64,000 nucleotides of DNA from a candidate division FCPU426 bacterium (GCA_963719085.1 CAVRAL010000001.1:192001-256000); one strand, 5' to 3'. Shown: positions 36,281-46,299, counted from the stretch's first letter. Translations and numbers: made by a program. The notes: generated by a model not told the origin, from the letters alone.

Positions 36281-37591
36281 TTGGGAAAGGAAACCGATTT
36301 GCGTCGATTGGTTGTTTTTTTTATTTTTGCCCTAACCGCGTTAGGGGCCGCGGTGGTTTATTCGGCCGCCGCGTCCTCCGAAGGGATGATGCCAACGCCT
36401 TCGGCCGCGCCTCCGGTGGACACGACCTTCAATGTTTTGTGCTACCACCGGTTCATCTATCACCCGGTGAAGACCACTTCGGATTACTTGATGCCGGTGG
36501 ACAATTTCCGCTGGCAGATGCAGTACCTGAAAGACAACGGTTTCACGCCCATCAGCGTTGATCAACTTTTGGATTTTTGGGACAAGGGCTCGCCGCTTCC
36601 CCCCAAACCGGTTCTTTTGACCTTTGACGACGGATTTAAAAGTGTTTACGAGAAGGCTTTTCCGGTGTTGAAAGAATTCCACTATCCGGGAATTCTTTTC
36701 CTGATTTCCAGCTTCGTGCAAAACGGGGACGCCTGGGGGCTCCACCACAAGGACAATAGCGGGCGCATGGCGCTCAATGACGCCGAGATTGAGGAAATGG
36801 AAAAGGCGGGGCTGGTGGTGGAATCCCACACGGTCAGCCATTTGAATATGGGATTGGAAGCTGAAAAAAGAAGTCCGGCCGATTTTAAGGCGTTGGTCCA
36901 AAGGGAATTGGGATATCCCGTCGATTTTTTCGCCGGCAAGTTCGGCCAAAAGCCCGAGCTTTTAGCTTATCCCTACGGCGTTTATAACGACGAGGTCCTC
37001 AAAGAGACGGCGGCGCTTTACCGCCTGGCCTTCACGGTGAACGCGGGGCCCAATGACCGCACGGTTGATCCTTATAAGTTACGCCGGTTTTTGATCCTGG
37101 GCGATACCAGCCAAAAGGAATTCGCGTCGATGTTTGGGGATAAGGTTTTGCATATCGCCCACGCGGGTCCGGGGGATGGCCAGGTGATTTGGTCGCGTAA
37201 GCCGCTGATTTCCATTCAAATCCTGGACGACGTGGACCCCAAGTCGGTGGCGCTGAATCTTGAGACCAAACGCTTAAAAACTACCTATGACCCGCGATTG
37301 CGTTTGGTGACCTACCGGGTGGAACAACCCATCCGCATGGGCGGGCACCAATTGACCTTGAGGGCCAAAGATATGGCCGGGAATACCCGGGTTTTCAGTT
37401 GGTATTTCCGCGTGAAGCACCGCTTGGAACCGGCCCTGTCCCCGACGCCAATCACCCCAATTCCGGCCGCGTCGCCCACGCCCCTTATGAGGACTTCGTC
37501 CCCCATGGGGACTTCGTCCACTGCGAGGACTTCGTCCCCAATGGGGACTTCGCCACCAGCCATGATGAAGGTGGGCCATGACTCCCAATAA
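36281..37591 (+). CDS. Polysaccharide deacetylase (NodB/CE4) with C-terminal Ig-like domain and Pro/Thr tail
   Basis: LCYHR, LLTFDDG, SHTVSH, AYPYG; signal peptide. Confidence 0.9.
   Translation: MGKETDLRRLVVFFIFALTALGAAVVYSAAASSEGMMPTPSAAPPVDTTFNVLCYHRFIYHPVKTTSDYLMPVDNFRWQMQYLKDNGFTPISVDQLLDFWDKGSPLPPKPVLLTFDDGFKSVYEKAFPVLKEFHYPGILFLISSFVQNGDAWGLHHKDNSGRMALNDAEIEEMEKAGLVVESHTVSHLNMGLEAEKRSPADFKALVQRELGYPVDFFAGKFGQKPELLAYPYGVYNDEVLKETAALYRLAFTVNAGPNDRTVDPYKLRRFLILGDTSQKEFASMFGDKVLHIAHAGPGDGQVIWSRKPLISIQILDDVDPKSVALNLETKRLKTTYDPRLRLVTYRVEQPIRMGGHQLTLRAKDMAGNTRVFSWYFRVKHRLEPALSPTPITPIPAASPTPLMRTSSPMGTSSTARTSSPMGTSPPAMMKVGHDSQ
37489..37560 (+). repeat. 4 x 18-bp intragenic tandem repeat
   Basis: gaggacttcgtcccccat/ggggacttcgtccactgc/gaggacttcgtccccaat/ggggacttcgccaccagc encoding RTSSPM GTSSTA RTSSPM GTSPPA. 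Confidence 0.85.
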
Positions 37592-38987
37592 ACCCCTCTT
37601 TTTCCCGAAATTTTTGTTTTTCGGGCTTTTAATCCTGGCGCTGGGGACTTTTTCACGGGCGGGTGACGATTCCGTTGCTCTCCAATATACCTATCGGGCG
37701 GATCAGGGAAGCGTTTCCTTATTGAAGGATCAAAACGGGAAAAGATACGTTCCCCTGATGGACGCCGCGAAATTTTACGGCATCGACGTGGCCTTTGACG
37801 CCCAGACCCGGAAGATTCTTTTGAAGAAGGGAAACCGGACGGTCAAGATCATCCTATCCCAACCGGTTTTTCTATTGATGAACCCTTCCGCATCCGCCCC
37901 CATTGATCCCGTGGAGGTGATCTCGGGTCAATTGGCGGTGCCGATCGAGTCCATCGGCGACATCTTGAGCGGCGTGCTGAATATCAACGTTCGATACCTT
38001 TCGGACTCCCAAACGGTCATGGTGGGGGGAGTTTCGGACAACGAAATCCGTCAGGAAATTTTGACCCAAGCCCAATCCTTGACTCCGACGCCTGGGACTA
38101 AATTGGTCCTGATGGCCGTACCGACCGCCACGCCCGCGATGGTGGTGGAAGCGCCTCCCACGGCCACGCCGCAATTAGTCATCGAGGCCCCTAGCGCGCT
38201 CGTGACACCCACCGAAACCGTGGACTCCGAAGACCAAGATGAGACCCCCGCGCCTATTCCTGGAAAAGATGAATTGCCGCCGTCCAAGAATGTGTATCAG
38301 GTGCGCCGTATCATCATCGACGCTGGGCATGGAGGTGTGGATAACGGAGCCCGCGGTTATGACAAGCGCTATACCGAAAAGCAGGCGACCTTGGATATCG
38401 CCAAAAGGGTCGCCGGGATATTGAACAAGCAAAATGACCTGGATGTCTTTTTAACCCGCACCGCCGATTATTACATCACGTTGAAATACCGGACCACCTT
38501 CGCCAATGAGCATAACGGTGACCTTTTTGTTTCCATCCATTGCAACGCCAATCCCAACACCGAGGCCTATGGGACCGAAACCTACTTCTACAGTACGAAG
38601 GCCTCCAACCAAGCCGCTGAAGTGGCGGCCGTGCATGAAAACGGGGATGGCGACGCCATTGATTCCATACTCAACTCCCTTCACAATCAGGCCTACCGCC
38701 TGCGTAGCTTCGAATTGGCCAAATTGGTGGATGCCCACATCCGCGAGAGGATGGGCCAGCATATCCGCCGAATCCAGCAGGCGCCTTTTTATGTCCTGGC
38801 GCGCGTCAACATGCCGTCCATATTGGTGGAAACGGCCTTTATCACCAACCCCAAGGAAGAGGAAAAGTTGAAGGATGAGGATTGGCGGGACAAAATCGCC
38901 CACGCCATAGCCGACGGCATCCTGGCTTACCGGGATGAAATGAAGAAAGTGGAGGGAAGCTTTGGAAACCAAACCAGCACTCAGTGA
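37578..38987 (+). CDS. N-acetylmuramoyl-L-alanine amidase (Amidase_3, AmiC-like)
   Basis: IIDAGHGG, TEK, SIHCNA, FYVL, PSILVETAFITN; N-terminal stalk-like domain (YVPL) and PTATP linker. Confidence 0.93.
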   Translation: MTPNKPLFFPKFLFFGLLILALGTFSRAGDDSVALQYTYRADQGSVSLLKDQNGKRYVPLMDAAKFYGIDVAFDAQTRKILLKKGNRTVKIILSQPVFLLMNPSASAPIDPVEVISGQLAVPIESIGDILSGVLNINVRYLSDSQTVMVGGVSDNEIRQEILTQAQSLTPTPGTKLVLMAVPTATPAMVVEAPPTATPQLVIEAPSALVTPTETVDSEDQDETPAPIPGKDELPPSKNVYQVRRIIIDAGHGGVDNGARGYDKRYTEKQATLDIAKRVAGILNKQNDLDVFLTRTADYYITLKYRTTFANEHNGDLFVSIHCNANPNTEAYGTETYFYSTKASNQAAEVAAVHENGDGDAIDSILNSLHNQAYRLRSFELAKLVDAHIRERMGQHIRRIQQAPFYVLARVNMPSILVETAFITNPKEEEKLKDEDWRDKIAHAIADGILAYRDEMKKVEGSFGNQTSTQ

Positions 38988-39807
38988 GGATGTAAAGGCC
39001 GCCCAAACGGGCGGTCTGACGCTTTTAACTTTTCCGAGGTTCGCGGATTCGAAATCCGTGAAGCACGTGATTTCCACCCGCTTGGGCGGCGTGAGCCGGG
39101 GCGTTTTTAGTTCCCTGAATCTCAGCACCCAAGTGGGCGATGATCCCTTGAGGGTTTCCCAAAACCGGGAACTGTTTCGTCTTGGCGCGGGTTACGCCAA
39201 GACCCGGCTGGTGCAGGCCAAACAAATCCACAGCGATATCGTGTTGAAAGTGGGCGCGGGCGATGTGAAGAGCCTGCCGGTGAGCGGGCCTTGGAAAGAA
39301 GGCGACGCGTTGATCACGGCTGAGAAAAACGTGACCTTGATGATTTTGGTGGCGGATTGCCTGCCCGTTTTATTTTACGACCCCGTCCACCAGGCCATCG
39401 GCTTGGCCCACGCGGGATGGCGGGGCACGGCCACCCACATCGCGGCCAAGACCCTTTTGTCCATGGGGGAGGCTTTCGGCACCCAGGCTTCCGAGGTGAG
39501 GGTGGCTCTGGGACCCTGTATTGGGCCCTGTTGTTATGAAGTGGGGGATGACGTGAAGGGACAGTTTGATGAAATCTTCCCTTGGTCTTCCGAGGTTTTT
39601 CAAAAATCTTTCGAGGGCCGCTTTAAGCTCGACCTGCCCGAGGCCAATGTCCGCCAATTGCTGGACCTTGGGGTTTTACCGGAAAATCTGGTTCGCTCCA
39701 ACCTTTGCACCGTTGACCGCAAAGATTGGTTTTATTCCCATCGGGCGGAGGCTTCACCGGAGAAATCCACCGGCCGCCTGGGCGCCTTTTTAATGCTGGC
39801 GGATTAA
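38962..39807 (+). CDS. pgeF: Peptidoglycan editing factor PgeF (YfiH)
   Basis: STRLGGVS, SLNL, QIHS, ADCLPV, HAGWRG, GPCIGPCCYEVG, FYSHR. Confidence 0.95.
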   Translation: METKPALSEDVKAAQTGGLTLLTFPRFADSKSVKHVISTRLGGVSRGVFSSLNLSTQVGDDPLRVSQNRELFRLGAGYAKTRLVQAKQIHSDIVLKVGAGDVKSLPVSGPWKEGDALITAEKNVTLMILVADCLPVLFYDPVHQAIGLAHAGWRGTATHIAAKTLLSMGEAFGTQASEVRVALGPCIGPCCYEVGDDVKGQFDEIFPWSSEVFQKSFEGRFKLDLPEANVRQLLDLGVLPENLVRSNLCTVDRKDWFYSHRAEASPEKSTGRLGAFLMLAD

Positions 39808-39877
39808 GGCTGGTTTTGGGAAGAACGTTAAAAAACGAAGGCGTAACACGCGCCTATTTCTTCGAATTTTCAACGCC

Positions 39878-39906
39878 TTGACGGCCCACCAATATCCCGA
39901 TAAGGT
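39878..39906 (+). promoter_or_regulatory. Possible sigma70 promoter of the autotransporter gene
   Basis: TTGACG-N17-TAAGGT. Confidence 0.35.
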
Positions 39907-39958
39907 TTATCCATATTTGTTGTCCGATCTACCTAATTCCTTTAAAGGAAAATATCGT

Positions 39959-42900
39959 TTGATCTTGAGCCGCCGTTTCCCAATCCTATTTTTCCTTTCT
40001 TTGGGTGTCTTAATCCCCTCGGGGTCAATGGCCCAAACCGCGCCCATCACCGTGGGCGTCTTCAATAACAACGGGGATTCCAGCGTGGGCTCTTTGGGCG
40101 GGGCCGTGACGGCGGTTAACGCCGATCCTTCGGGCGGCGTGATTACCTTTGGCACACTCCTGAGCAATGCCATGACTTTATCCGGGCCTTTGTCCGAAAT
40201 TTCTAAGAATGTCACTTTAGAAGGGCCGGTCGCCGGTTTTTTGGTGGAAGGCGCCTCAGGGTCCACCGCCAATCTGACGGCGGATGGGGTCTTAGGCCTT
40301 CAGGCCGATTCCAGTTCCTTTCAATTTGGATTAGAAGGCGGCGCGGCTTCCGGCGCCGGGGGCACTGGCGGGGGATCGTTCCTAACTTCCTCAACCCTTA
40401 ATCTAGGCTCGAATTCAACTTTGAACCTGACGGGTGCCGAGGGTAATTCGGGAAGCGGCGCCGCCGGGGGGGATGGCGGTTCGGCCTTTTTGGTTACAAC
40501 CAATATGACCCTTGATTCTTCCACCGCTGTGACGCTTTTGGGCGGAGCGGGCGGGGGCGGCGGAACCGGTACGGCGGGGTTCGACGCTTCGGCGGGCGGG
40601 GACACTTCTTTTAACGCGACCTCAGTGACTTTTAATTCCAACAGCGACTTATTTTTAGAAAGCGGCGCGGGATCGGCGGGCGGTCAGGGAACAGTTTCCA
40701 TGGGCGGAGCGGGTTCCCGGGGCGGCTTGGCGGTCTTAACGATGGGTGACGCGGTCTTCGCTTCGGCGACGACCTTATCGGCTTTGGGCGGCAACGGCGG
40801 GGCGGGTGGGGAAGGCGTGAGCGAAGGCGGCGCGGGCGGGACGGGGGGCGGGGCGCAGTTGGATTCAAATACGCTGTCTTTGGCTCCGGGATCCGCGCTT
40901 AACTTTACCGGCGGAACGGGCGGCGCGGGGGGATCAAGCGACACGACCGAGGGCGGCGACGGCGGCGCGGGGGGAAGTGTGAGTGTGGTCGCGGTTTCAG
41001 CCACGATTGTCAATGGAACCGTGAGCATGACCGGAGGACAGGGCGGGGCCGGAGGCGTGGGAATTACCTTGGGCGGCGCGGGCGGTCGGGGGGGCGGGGT
41101 TGATTTTGGTTTTTCCAATCTTTCTTTTAGTTTGGGATCGAAAGTCCAAATCGACGGCGGCCAGGGAGGGGACGGGGCTTCGGGTTCAACCGGGGGCTCG
41201 GATGGTTCGGGCGGCGCTGTTACTTGGACGTCTTCCGGTGTGACCCTTTTGTCGAGCTTGACCCTGGACGTCCAGGGGGGAAGCGGCGGCAACGGTACGA
41301 CGGGCGGCAATGGGGGCGCGGTGGGTGTGACCCTCGGTTTGTTGAACCTCGGGACGAACGCGGCCTTAACCATTGCCGGTGGCACCGCTTACGGGATCGG
41401 GTTGGGCGGGGACGTGAGCTTTCAACCGGGCACGCTTCAATTGGGCAACGGGACCGTTTTAACTTTGGAAGGCGGTCTTACGAATGGAGGATCCGCGGTG
41501 GGCGGCTCAGTGACGGTTGATTCGGTTTCCGTCAGCCTGGGCGCGGGCGCGACCCTGGACCTTGACGGCGGCAATAGCTACGCGGCCTTGGAAAATCTGG
41601 AGGGGTCGGGAACCGTCACCGTGAGCGGGGTTACTTCGGGTCAACTGCAATTATCCGACGGACTTTTTTCTGGGACTATCGGCGTGGATAGCCTGATGGA
41701 AAGCGGTCCGGGTACTTTCATCTTAGACGGCGCGGCGACGGTTTCGGACGGAGTCACCGTGGCCAGCGGTGATTTTGAGGTGGGCGACAATCCCTCGTCC
41801 TCCGCGGTTTGTCATGGCACGGTCCAAGTCAATTCCGGCGCCCTCTTGAGCGGCCAGGGAAGCGTGAATGGACTGGTCACCAATGACGGCCTGGTTCAGC
41901 CCGGAAGCTCGGGTCCAGGAACCTTGACGGTGGCCAGCTATACCCAAAACGCGGACGGCACTTTGGGCATCTTTTTGAGGCCTTCCGGCCAATCCAGTCT
42001 CTTAAATGTAACCGGCGCGACCCAGTGGGACGGTACCTTGTCTTTGGAAGAACAAGGGGCTTTCGGCCTTCGCTATAGCTATGTGATTCTTGACTCGGGA
42101 AGCCCGATCAGTGGGGCCGTCACCTCAGTGACCCAGACTGTGCCCGGCTTTTCCGCCACGCTTTCCGGAACCAACGCCGTGACGTTGACCTTAAACCGGA
42201 TTAATCCCGACTTTAATCATTTCGCCTCGACTTCCAATCAAACGGCGGTAGCGGCGGTTTTAAATCTTCATTTAAATGATCCGGATGGCGCTTTCTTTAC
42301 AAAGTTAAATGAAATTTACGCCATCGGCACGGGATCGGTTTTGGACTCACTTGACGGCGTGATGTATACGGCTTTACCCCAAGTTATTTTAGATAACAAT
42401 CAATTTGAAAATAGCTTGTTGCTCGACCGGTTGGATCAGGGAGTCTTCGGAACCCTCCCGCGTGCGTCTTCCGCCCTCGTCAGCCAAATTTTGTCCTCCG
42501 ACATGAGCGGCGCGGGCGCCCCGATTTCCGGTTTGAAATCCGCCGGTTCGCCCCATGGATTTTGGATCCAAAATGTCGACAGCTTTGGCGGCACCAGCGC
42601 TACGGCCAATGTGACCGGTTTCAACAAGACCAACTACGGCTTTTTGGCCGGCTATGACGATCAATTCGGCGCCTTCACGGCGGGCGTGGCCGGCGGCTAT
42701 CTGCACACGGATTTGAAATCCGCGGATCAAAGCGACAGCACGGGCGTCAACGGCTATCAGGGGATGCTTTACACCAATATGGCTTGGGGCGCGATTGAGA
42801 CGGGACTGGTGTTGGGTTTTGGCGTGGATCATTTTGATTCCACCCGGACCCTATCCTTGGGAAGCGATGTCAGCCAAGCGATGGGAACCTTCAACGGCAC

Positions 42901-43381
42901 CCAATGGGGCGGCGATTTGCGGATCGATTCTCCTTTGAATTTCGCCGGCTGGAGTTTAAAACCCCAGGTGGGCGCCCAATATATCCGCCTGTCCCAAGAC
43001 GCCTTCACGGAAACCGGGGCCGGAACTTTGGATTTAACCGTCCCGGCCGTTACTGAGAGTTCTTTGCGGCCTTATGTGGGAATGGAGGGCTGCAAAAACC
43101 TCAAACTGCAAAAGGGGCTTGAGCTCATCCCTGACTTTAATTTAACCCTGAGCGACGAGGTCTTGAGCCAATCCAACCAATCGCACATGACCTTGGCCGG
43201 GGCTTCCACACAGGCCTTTACCATCCAGGGCTTGGGCTCCGAATCCCTTTTGGTCGGGGTGGGCGCGGGGGTGAACTTTCTTTTTAATAAACAATTCAAC
43301 CTTTTCGCCCATTACCTGGGAAGTTTCAGCCAGAACCAGTCGATGAGCACGGTGAACGGCGGCTTAAGCCTGGCCTTTTGA
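39959..43381 (+). CDS. Autotransporter with Gly-rich repetitive passenger domain
   Basis: Signal peptide; GGxGGxGG repeats; PGSSGPGTLTVASYTQ junction motif; NQTAVA; C-terminal barrel ending GLSLAF. Start inferred at TTG 39959 after AAAGGA. Confidence 0.88.
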   Translation: MILSRRFPILFFLSLGVLIPSGSMAQTAPITVGVFNNNGDSSVGSLGGAVTAVNADPSGGVITFGTLLSNAMTLSGPLSEISKNVTLEGPVAGFLVEGASGSTANLTADGVLGLQADSSSFQFGLEGGAASGAGGTGGGSFLTSSTLNLGSNSTLNLTGAEGNSGSGAAGGDGGSAFLVTTNMTLDSSTAVTLLGGAGGGGGTGTAGFDASAGGDTSFNATSVTFNSNSDLFLESGAGSAGGQGTVSMGGAGSRGGLAVLTMGDAVFASATTLSALGGNGGAGGEGVSEGGAGGTGGGAQLDSNTLSLAPGSALNFTGGTGGAGGSSDTTEGGDGGAGGSVSVVAVSATIVNGTVSMTGGQGGAGGVGITLGGAGGRGGGVDFGFSNLSFSLGSKVQIDGGQGGDGASGSTGGSDGSGGAVTWTSSGVTLLSSLTLDVQGGSGGNGTTGGNGGAVGVTLGLLNLGTNAALTIAGGTAYGIGLGGDVSFQPGTLQLGNGTVLTLEGGLTNGGSAVGGSVTVDSVSVSLGAGATLDLDGGNSYAALENLEGSGTVTVSGVTSGQLQLSDGLFSGTIGVDSLMESGPGTFILDGAATVSDGVTVASGDFEVGDNPSSSAVCHGTVQVNSGALLSGQGSVNGLVTNDGLVQPGSSGPGTLTVASYTQNADGTLGIFLRPSGQSSLLNVTGATQWDGTLSLEEQGAFGLRYSYVILDSGSPISGAVTSVTQTVPGFSATLSGTNAVTLTLNRINPDFNHFASTSNQTAVAAVLNLHLNDPDGAFFTKLNEIYAIGTGSVLDSLDGVMYTALPQVILDNNQFENSLLLDRLDQGVFGTLPRASSALVSQILSSDMSGAGAPISGLKSAGSPHGFWIQNVDSFGGTSATANVTGFNKTNYGFLAGYDDQFGAFTAGVAGGYLHTDLKSADQSDSTGVNGYQGMLYTNMAWGAIETGLVLGFGVDHFDSTRTLSLGSDVSQAMGTFNGTQWGGDLRIDSPLNFAGWSLKPQVGAQYIRLSQDAFTETGAGTLDLTVPAVTESSLRPYVGMEGCKNLKLQKGLELIPDFNLTLSDEVLSQSNQSHMTLAGASTQAFTIQGLGSESLLVGVGAGVNFLFNKQFNLFAHYLGSFSQNQSMSTVNGGLSLAF

Positions 43382-43411
43382 GAAACGGTTAAAGGGCTTG
43401 ACCGTTTTGTT

Positions 43412-43747
43412 ATGATTCTCCCCATGAAAAATCAATTTCTACCCTTGAGAATTGTCTGCTGTATCGGCTTCTTGAAGGCTTTCGCGAACATATTTTTCAT
43501 ATACTCGCCGACCATTTGGCAGGTCAACGCCTGGTATCCGGGCTATTTTGTTGTGGGCAACACGGTATCCGTGATCGCGCTCGGCGGGTTTTGGGTATTG
43601 CGGCGCTGGGCTTTTCCGGTTTACGCCCTCTACGCCCTTTTTGCCCAAGTGGTTCCGCTTCTGCTCCATCGATGGGATAGCTCGATTCTTGTGCTGCCGC
43701 TTTTGACATTAATGGTCGCGGCCTTTTATTACGGGAAAATGAAATGA
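43412..43747 (+). CDS. Small hypothetical membrane protein (about 4 TM)
   Basis: Hydrophobic; GFWVLRRWA; overlaps the next start (ATGA). Confidence 0.6.
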   Translation: MILPMKNQFLPLRIVCCIGFLKAFANIFFIYSPTIWQVNAWYPGYFVVGNTVSVIALGGFWVLRRWAFPVYALYALFAQVVPLLLHRWDSSILVLPLLTLMVAAFYYGKMK

Positions 43748-44751
43748 AGGCCGCCGGACGCATTCTTCTGCCAAAACCTTTTTCACTGGGTCTGACCCTT
43801 TTGTGCGGCCAATGCTTCCGCTGGGAAGGCCCGAATAATCATTCCTGGTTCGAGGGCGTGGCGGGCGGGGCGTGTTGGAAGCTTCAACAAGAAGGGGATT
43901 TTCTTAACTGGCAATGCGGCACCGAACGGGTACGGGGCCGCGCCGCCGAAGAGTGGCTCAGCCATTATCTGAGCTTGGACGATGACCTGGCCGGGTGGGT
44001 CAAGGAATACGCGGACCATCCCATGTTGGAACAATCGATTAAGACCTTGGAAGGACTCCGGCTCATCCGGCAGGAGCCTTGGGAATGCTGCGTTTCTTAT
44101 ATGTTCGCCCAAGGGCTTTCGGTGAAGGTGATCCGGCAAGCCCTTCGAAAATTTTGCGCGGCCTATGGCGGCCCGGTCGAAGGCGCTCCGGGGGTTTACG
44201 CTTTTCCCGAACCCGAACAGCTGGTGGGATTAACCGCCCACGTCCTAAAACCTTTCACCAACAACTATCATGCCCGGGCCGACCGGATTATCCGCGCCGC
44301 CCGGGTGGTGAAAACCGGCGTGATTTCACTCCCGCATTTAAGGACGCTCCCTTGCGATGACGCCCGTTCGGCTTTGATGGGATTGGACGGGATTGGGCCT
44401 AAGATCGCCGATTGCATCCTGCTTTTTTCCTTGGATCAGGCTTCGGCTTTTCCGGTGGACCGCTGGGTTTTGCGGGCCATGAAGCGCCATTTCCGCTCCG
44501 TCAAGCTTTTGGGCGCGGGGGAAGAAGCGCCGACGGCCTCCCAATATCCGAAGATTGTGGGGAAGGCCCGTCGTCATTTGGGTCCGCGCTGTGGATTGGC
44601 CAGCGAATACTTGTTTCTTTTCTTGCGGCTATTAGAAGACCGGAAATTGCGCGAGGAATTGGAGCCCTACTTGAGCCGGGCCTTGCCCCCCTTGGCGGAA
44701 AGTTCAAAGCCGCCCCGGAAAAAGCTCCGGTTTAAGCCGGGGAAAAATTAG
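43744..44751 (+). CDS. 8-oxoguanine DNA glycosylase (Ogg1-like, HhH-GPD)
   Basis: TLLCGQCFRW, GLRLIRQEPWE, GIGPKIADCILLF (catalytic K), FPVD. Confidence 0.92.
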   Translation: MKAAGRILLPKPFSLGLTLLCGQCFRWEGPNNHSWFEGVAGGACWKLQQEGDFLNWQCGTERVRGRAAEEWLSHYLSLDDDLAGWVKEYADHPMLEQSIKTLEGLRLIRQEPWECCVSYMFAQGLSVKVIRQALRKFCAAYGGPVEGAPGVYAFPEPEQLVGLTAHVLKPFTNNYHARADRIIRAARVVKTGVISLPHLRTLPCDDARSALMGLDGIGPKIADCILLFSLDQASAFPVDRWVLRAMKRHFRSVKLLGAGEEAPTASQYPKIVGKARRHLGPRCGLASEYLFLFLRLLEDRKLREELEPYLSRALPPLAESSKPPRKKLRFKPGKN

Positions 44752-44883
44752 CTGACAAGATTGGGTTTCCTGTTTTTTTAAAAGAATTAAGTGACATTCT
44801 CAAGAATTCCCATGTATTTTATAAATGTTGAATAAACTGTGCAGGGTTTTGAAAACCCTGTTTTCCATCAATAGGTGCGCGCC

Positions 44884-46299
44884 ATGAAACCATCGCTTTT
44901 AATCGTGGATGATGAAGAAAGTGTCCGGGAATCCTTCCGCCTGGCCCTTCAAGACGACTATGAGCTGACCTTCGGCGAGGATTCCAAAAGCACCCTGAAC
45001 ATCCTCAAGACCAAAGTTTTTGACTTGGTTTTGCTCGATATCATGCTGCCGGACGGCTCGGGCATGGATCTTTTACGCCAAGTCAAGCGGCGGGGCGAAA
45101 GCATGGAAGTCATCATGGTCACGGCGCTTCAAAGCATCGACACGGCCCTGGAGGCCATGAAGTGGGGCGCTTACGATTACATCACCAAGCCTTTTAAAAT
45201 TGAGGAACTTTACGAGATCATCAAACGCGTCTTGAATAAGCGGGACCTGGAACGCGAAAACGCTTTTTTGCGCGGGGAAGTGTACCATCCCAAGCCGGTG
45301 AGTCTGATCGGGCAAAGCAAATCCCTACAGGAAATGTTGAAAAAAATCGAGAACGCGGCCAAGACCGATATGCCGGTTTTGGTCAAGGGGGAGATCGGGT
45401 CGGGCCGGCAGGAAGTGGCGCGCCAGATCCACCATTCCAGCGCCCGGCAGAAGAAGCCTTTCATTACCGTGCATTGCGGAAGCATCGCCAAGGGCCAGTT
45501 TGAAAGCGAGCTTTTCGGTTTGGAACGCCAGGACGCCCGGGGACGCACCTCGCCCCAAATCGGCCAGTTGGAATTCGCCAACGAAGGAACCCTTTTTCTG
45601 GAGCAGGCCGACCGGCTTCCGGATGAGATACAAGAAAAACTTCTGCGGGTTTTTCACGAGAAAAAAATGACCCGGGCGGATCACGCGGTCACCATCCCCT
45701 TGGATTTAAGGGTCATCGCTTCCATGGATATGGATCCCGAAAACAAGCCCCGGGAAACCGAACTTCGCGGAGACTTTTTACAGTTCCTCAACGGCTTTCC
45801 CCTGGTCGTGCCGTCTTTGCGGGACCGCAAGGAAGATATCCCTGAATTGATCGAGCATTATCTCAAGCAAGTCAACCGCAAGGCCCGCATGACGGTCAAG
45901 ACCATCTCCAAAGAGGCCGTGCAGTTTTTCACCCACTACACCTGGCCGGGCAACTTGCAGGAATTGGAAAACAGCATCGAGATGATGGTGCTTTTCGCCG
46001 GCCGCGACACCCTGACGCTGGAAGACATTCCCTTGGATATCCTGGTCAAACAGATCGACCTGGCCAAGACCAAGGAAGAAGCCAAACTGTCCCTTAAACG
46101 GGTGAGGCATCAATTTGAGCGGCATTACATCCGCAAGGTCCTGGAGCGCACCCGCGGCAACCAGACCCGTACGGCCGCCACCCTGGGGCTCCACCGCAAT
46201 ACCCTGATATGGAAATTGAAGGAATTGGACCTGGAAGAGGACTACAAAAAGATCGTCAAAAAGCGCCGGGAGCGTGGACTGGGTTTTAGGAATATCTGA
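44884..46299 (+). CDS. NtrC-family response regulator with degenerate AAA+ domain and Fis-type HTH
   Basis: REC (VDDE, LLD, KPF); AAA-like GEIGSGRQ, ESELFG, GTLFLEQ, WPGNLQEL; HTH GNQTRTAATLGLHRNTL. Confidence 0.9.
   Translation: MKPSLLIVDDEESVRESFRLALQDDYELTFGEDSKSTLNILKTKVFDLVLLDIMLPDGSGMDLLRQVKRRGESMEVIMVTALQSIDTALEAMKWGAYDYITKPFKIEELYEIIKRVLNKRDLERENAFLRGEVYHPKPVSLIGQSKSLQEMLKKIENAAKTDMPVLVKGEIGSGRQEVARQIHHSSARQKKPFITVHCGSIAKGQFESELFGLERQDARGRTSPQIGQLEFANEGTLFLEQADRLPDEIQEKLLRVFHEKKMTRADHAVTIPLDLRVIASMDMDPENKPRETELRGDFLQFLNGFPLVVPSLRDRKEDIPELIEHYLKQVNRKARMTVKTISKEAVQFFTHYTWPGNLQELENSIEMMVLFAGRDTLTLEDIPLDILVKQIDLAKTKEEAKLSLKRVRHQFERHYIRKVLERTRGNQTRTAATLGLHRNTLIWKLKELDLEEDYKKIVKKRRERGLGFRNI

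Noticed and set aside
40300..41500. Mycobacterial PE_PGRS protein
   Set aside because: There is no PE domain. The ORF has a Sec signal and a C-terminal autotransporter barrel.
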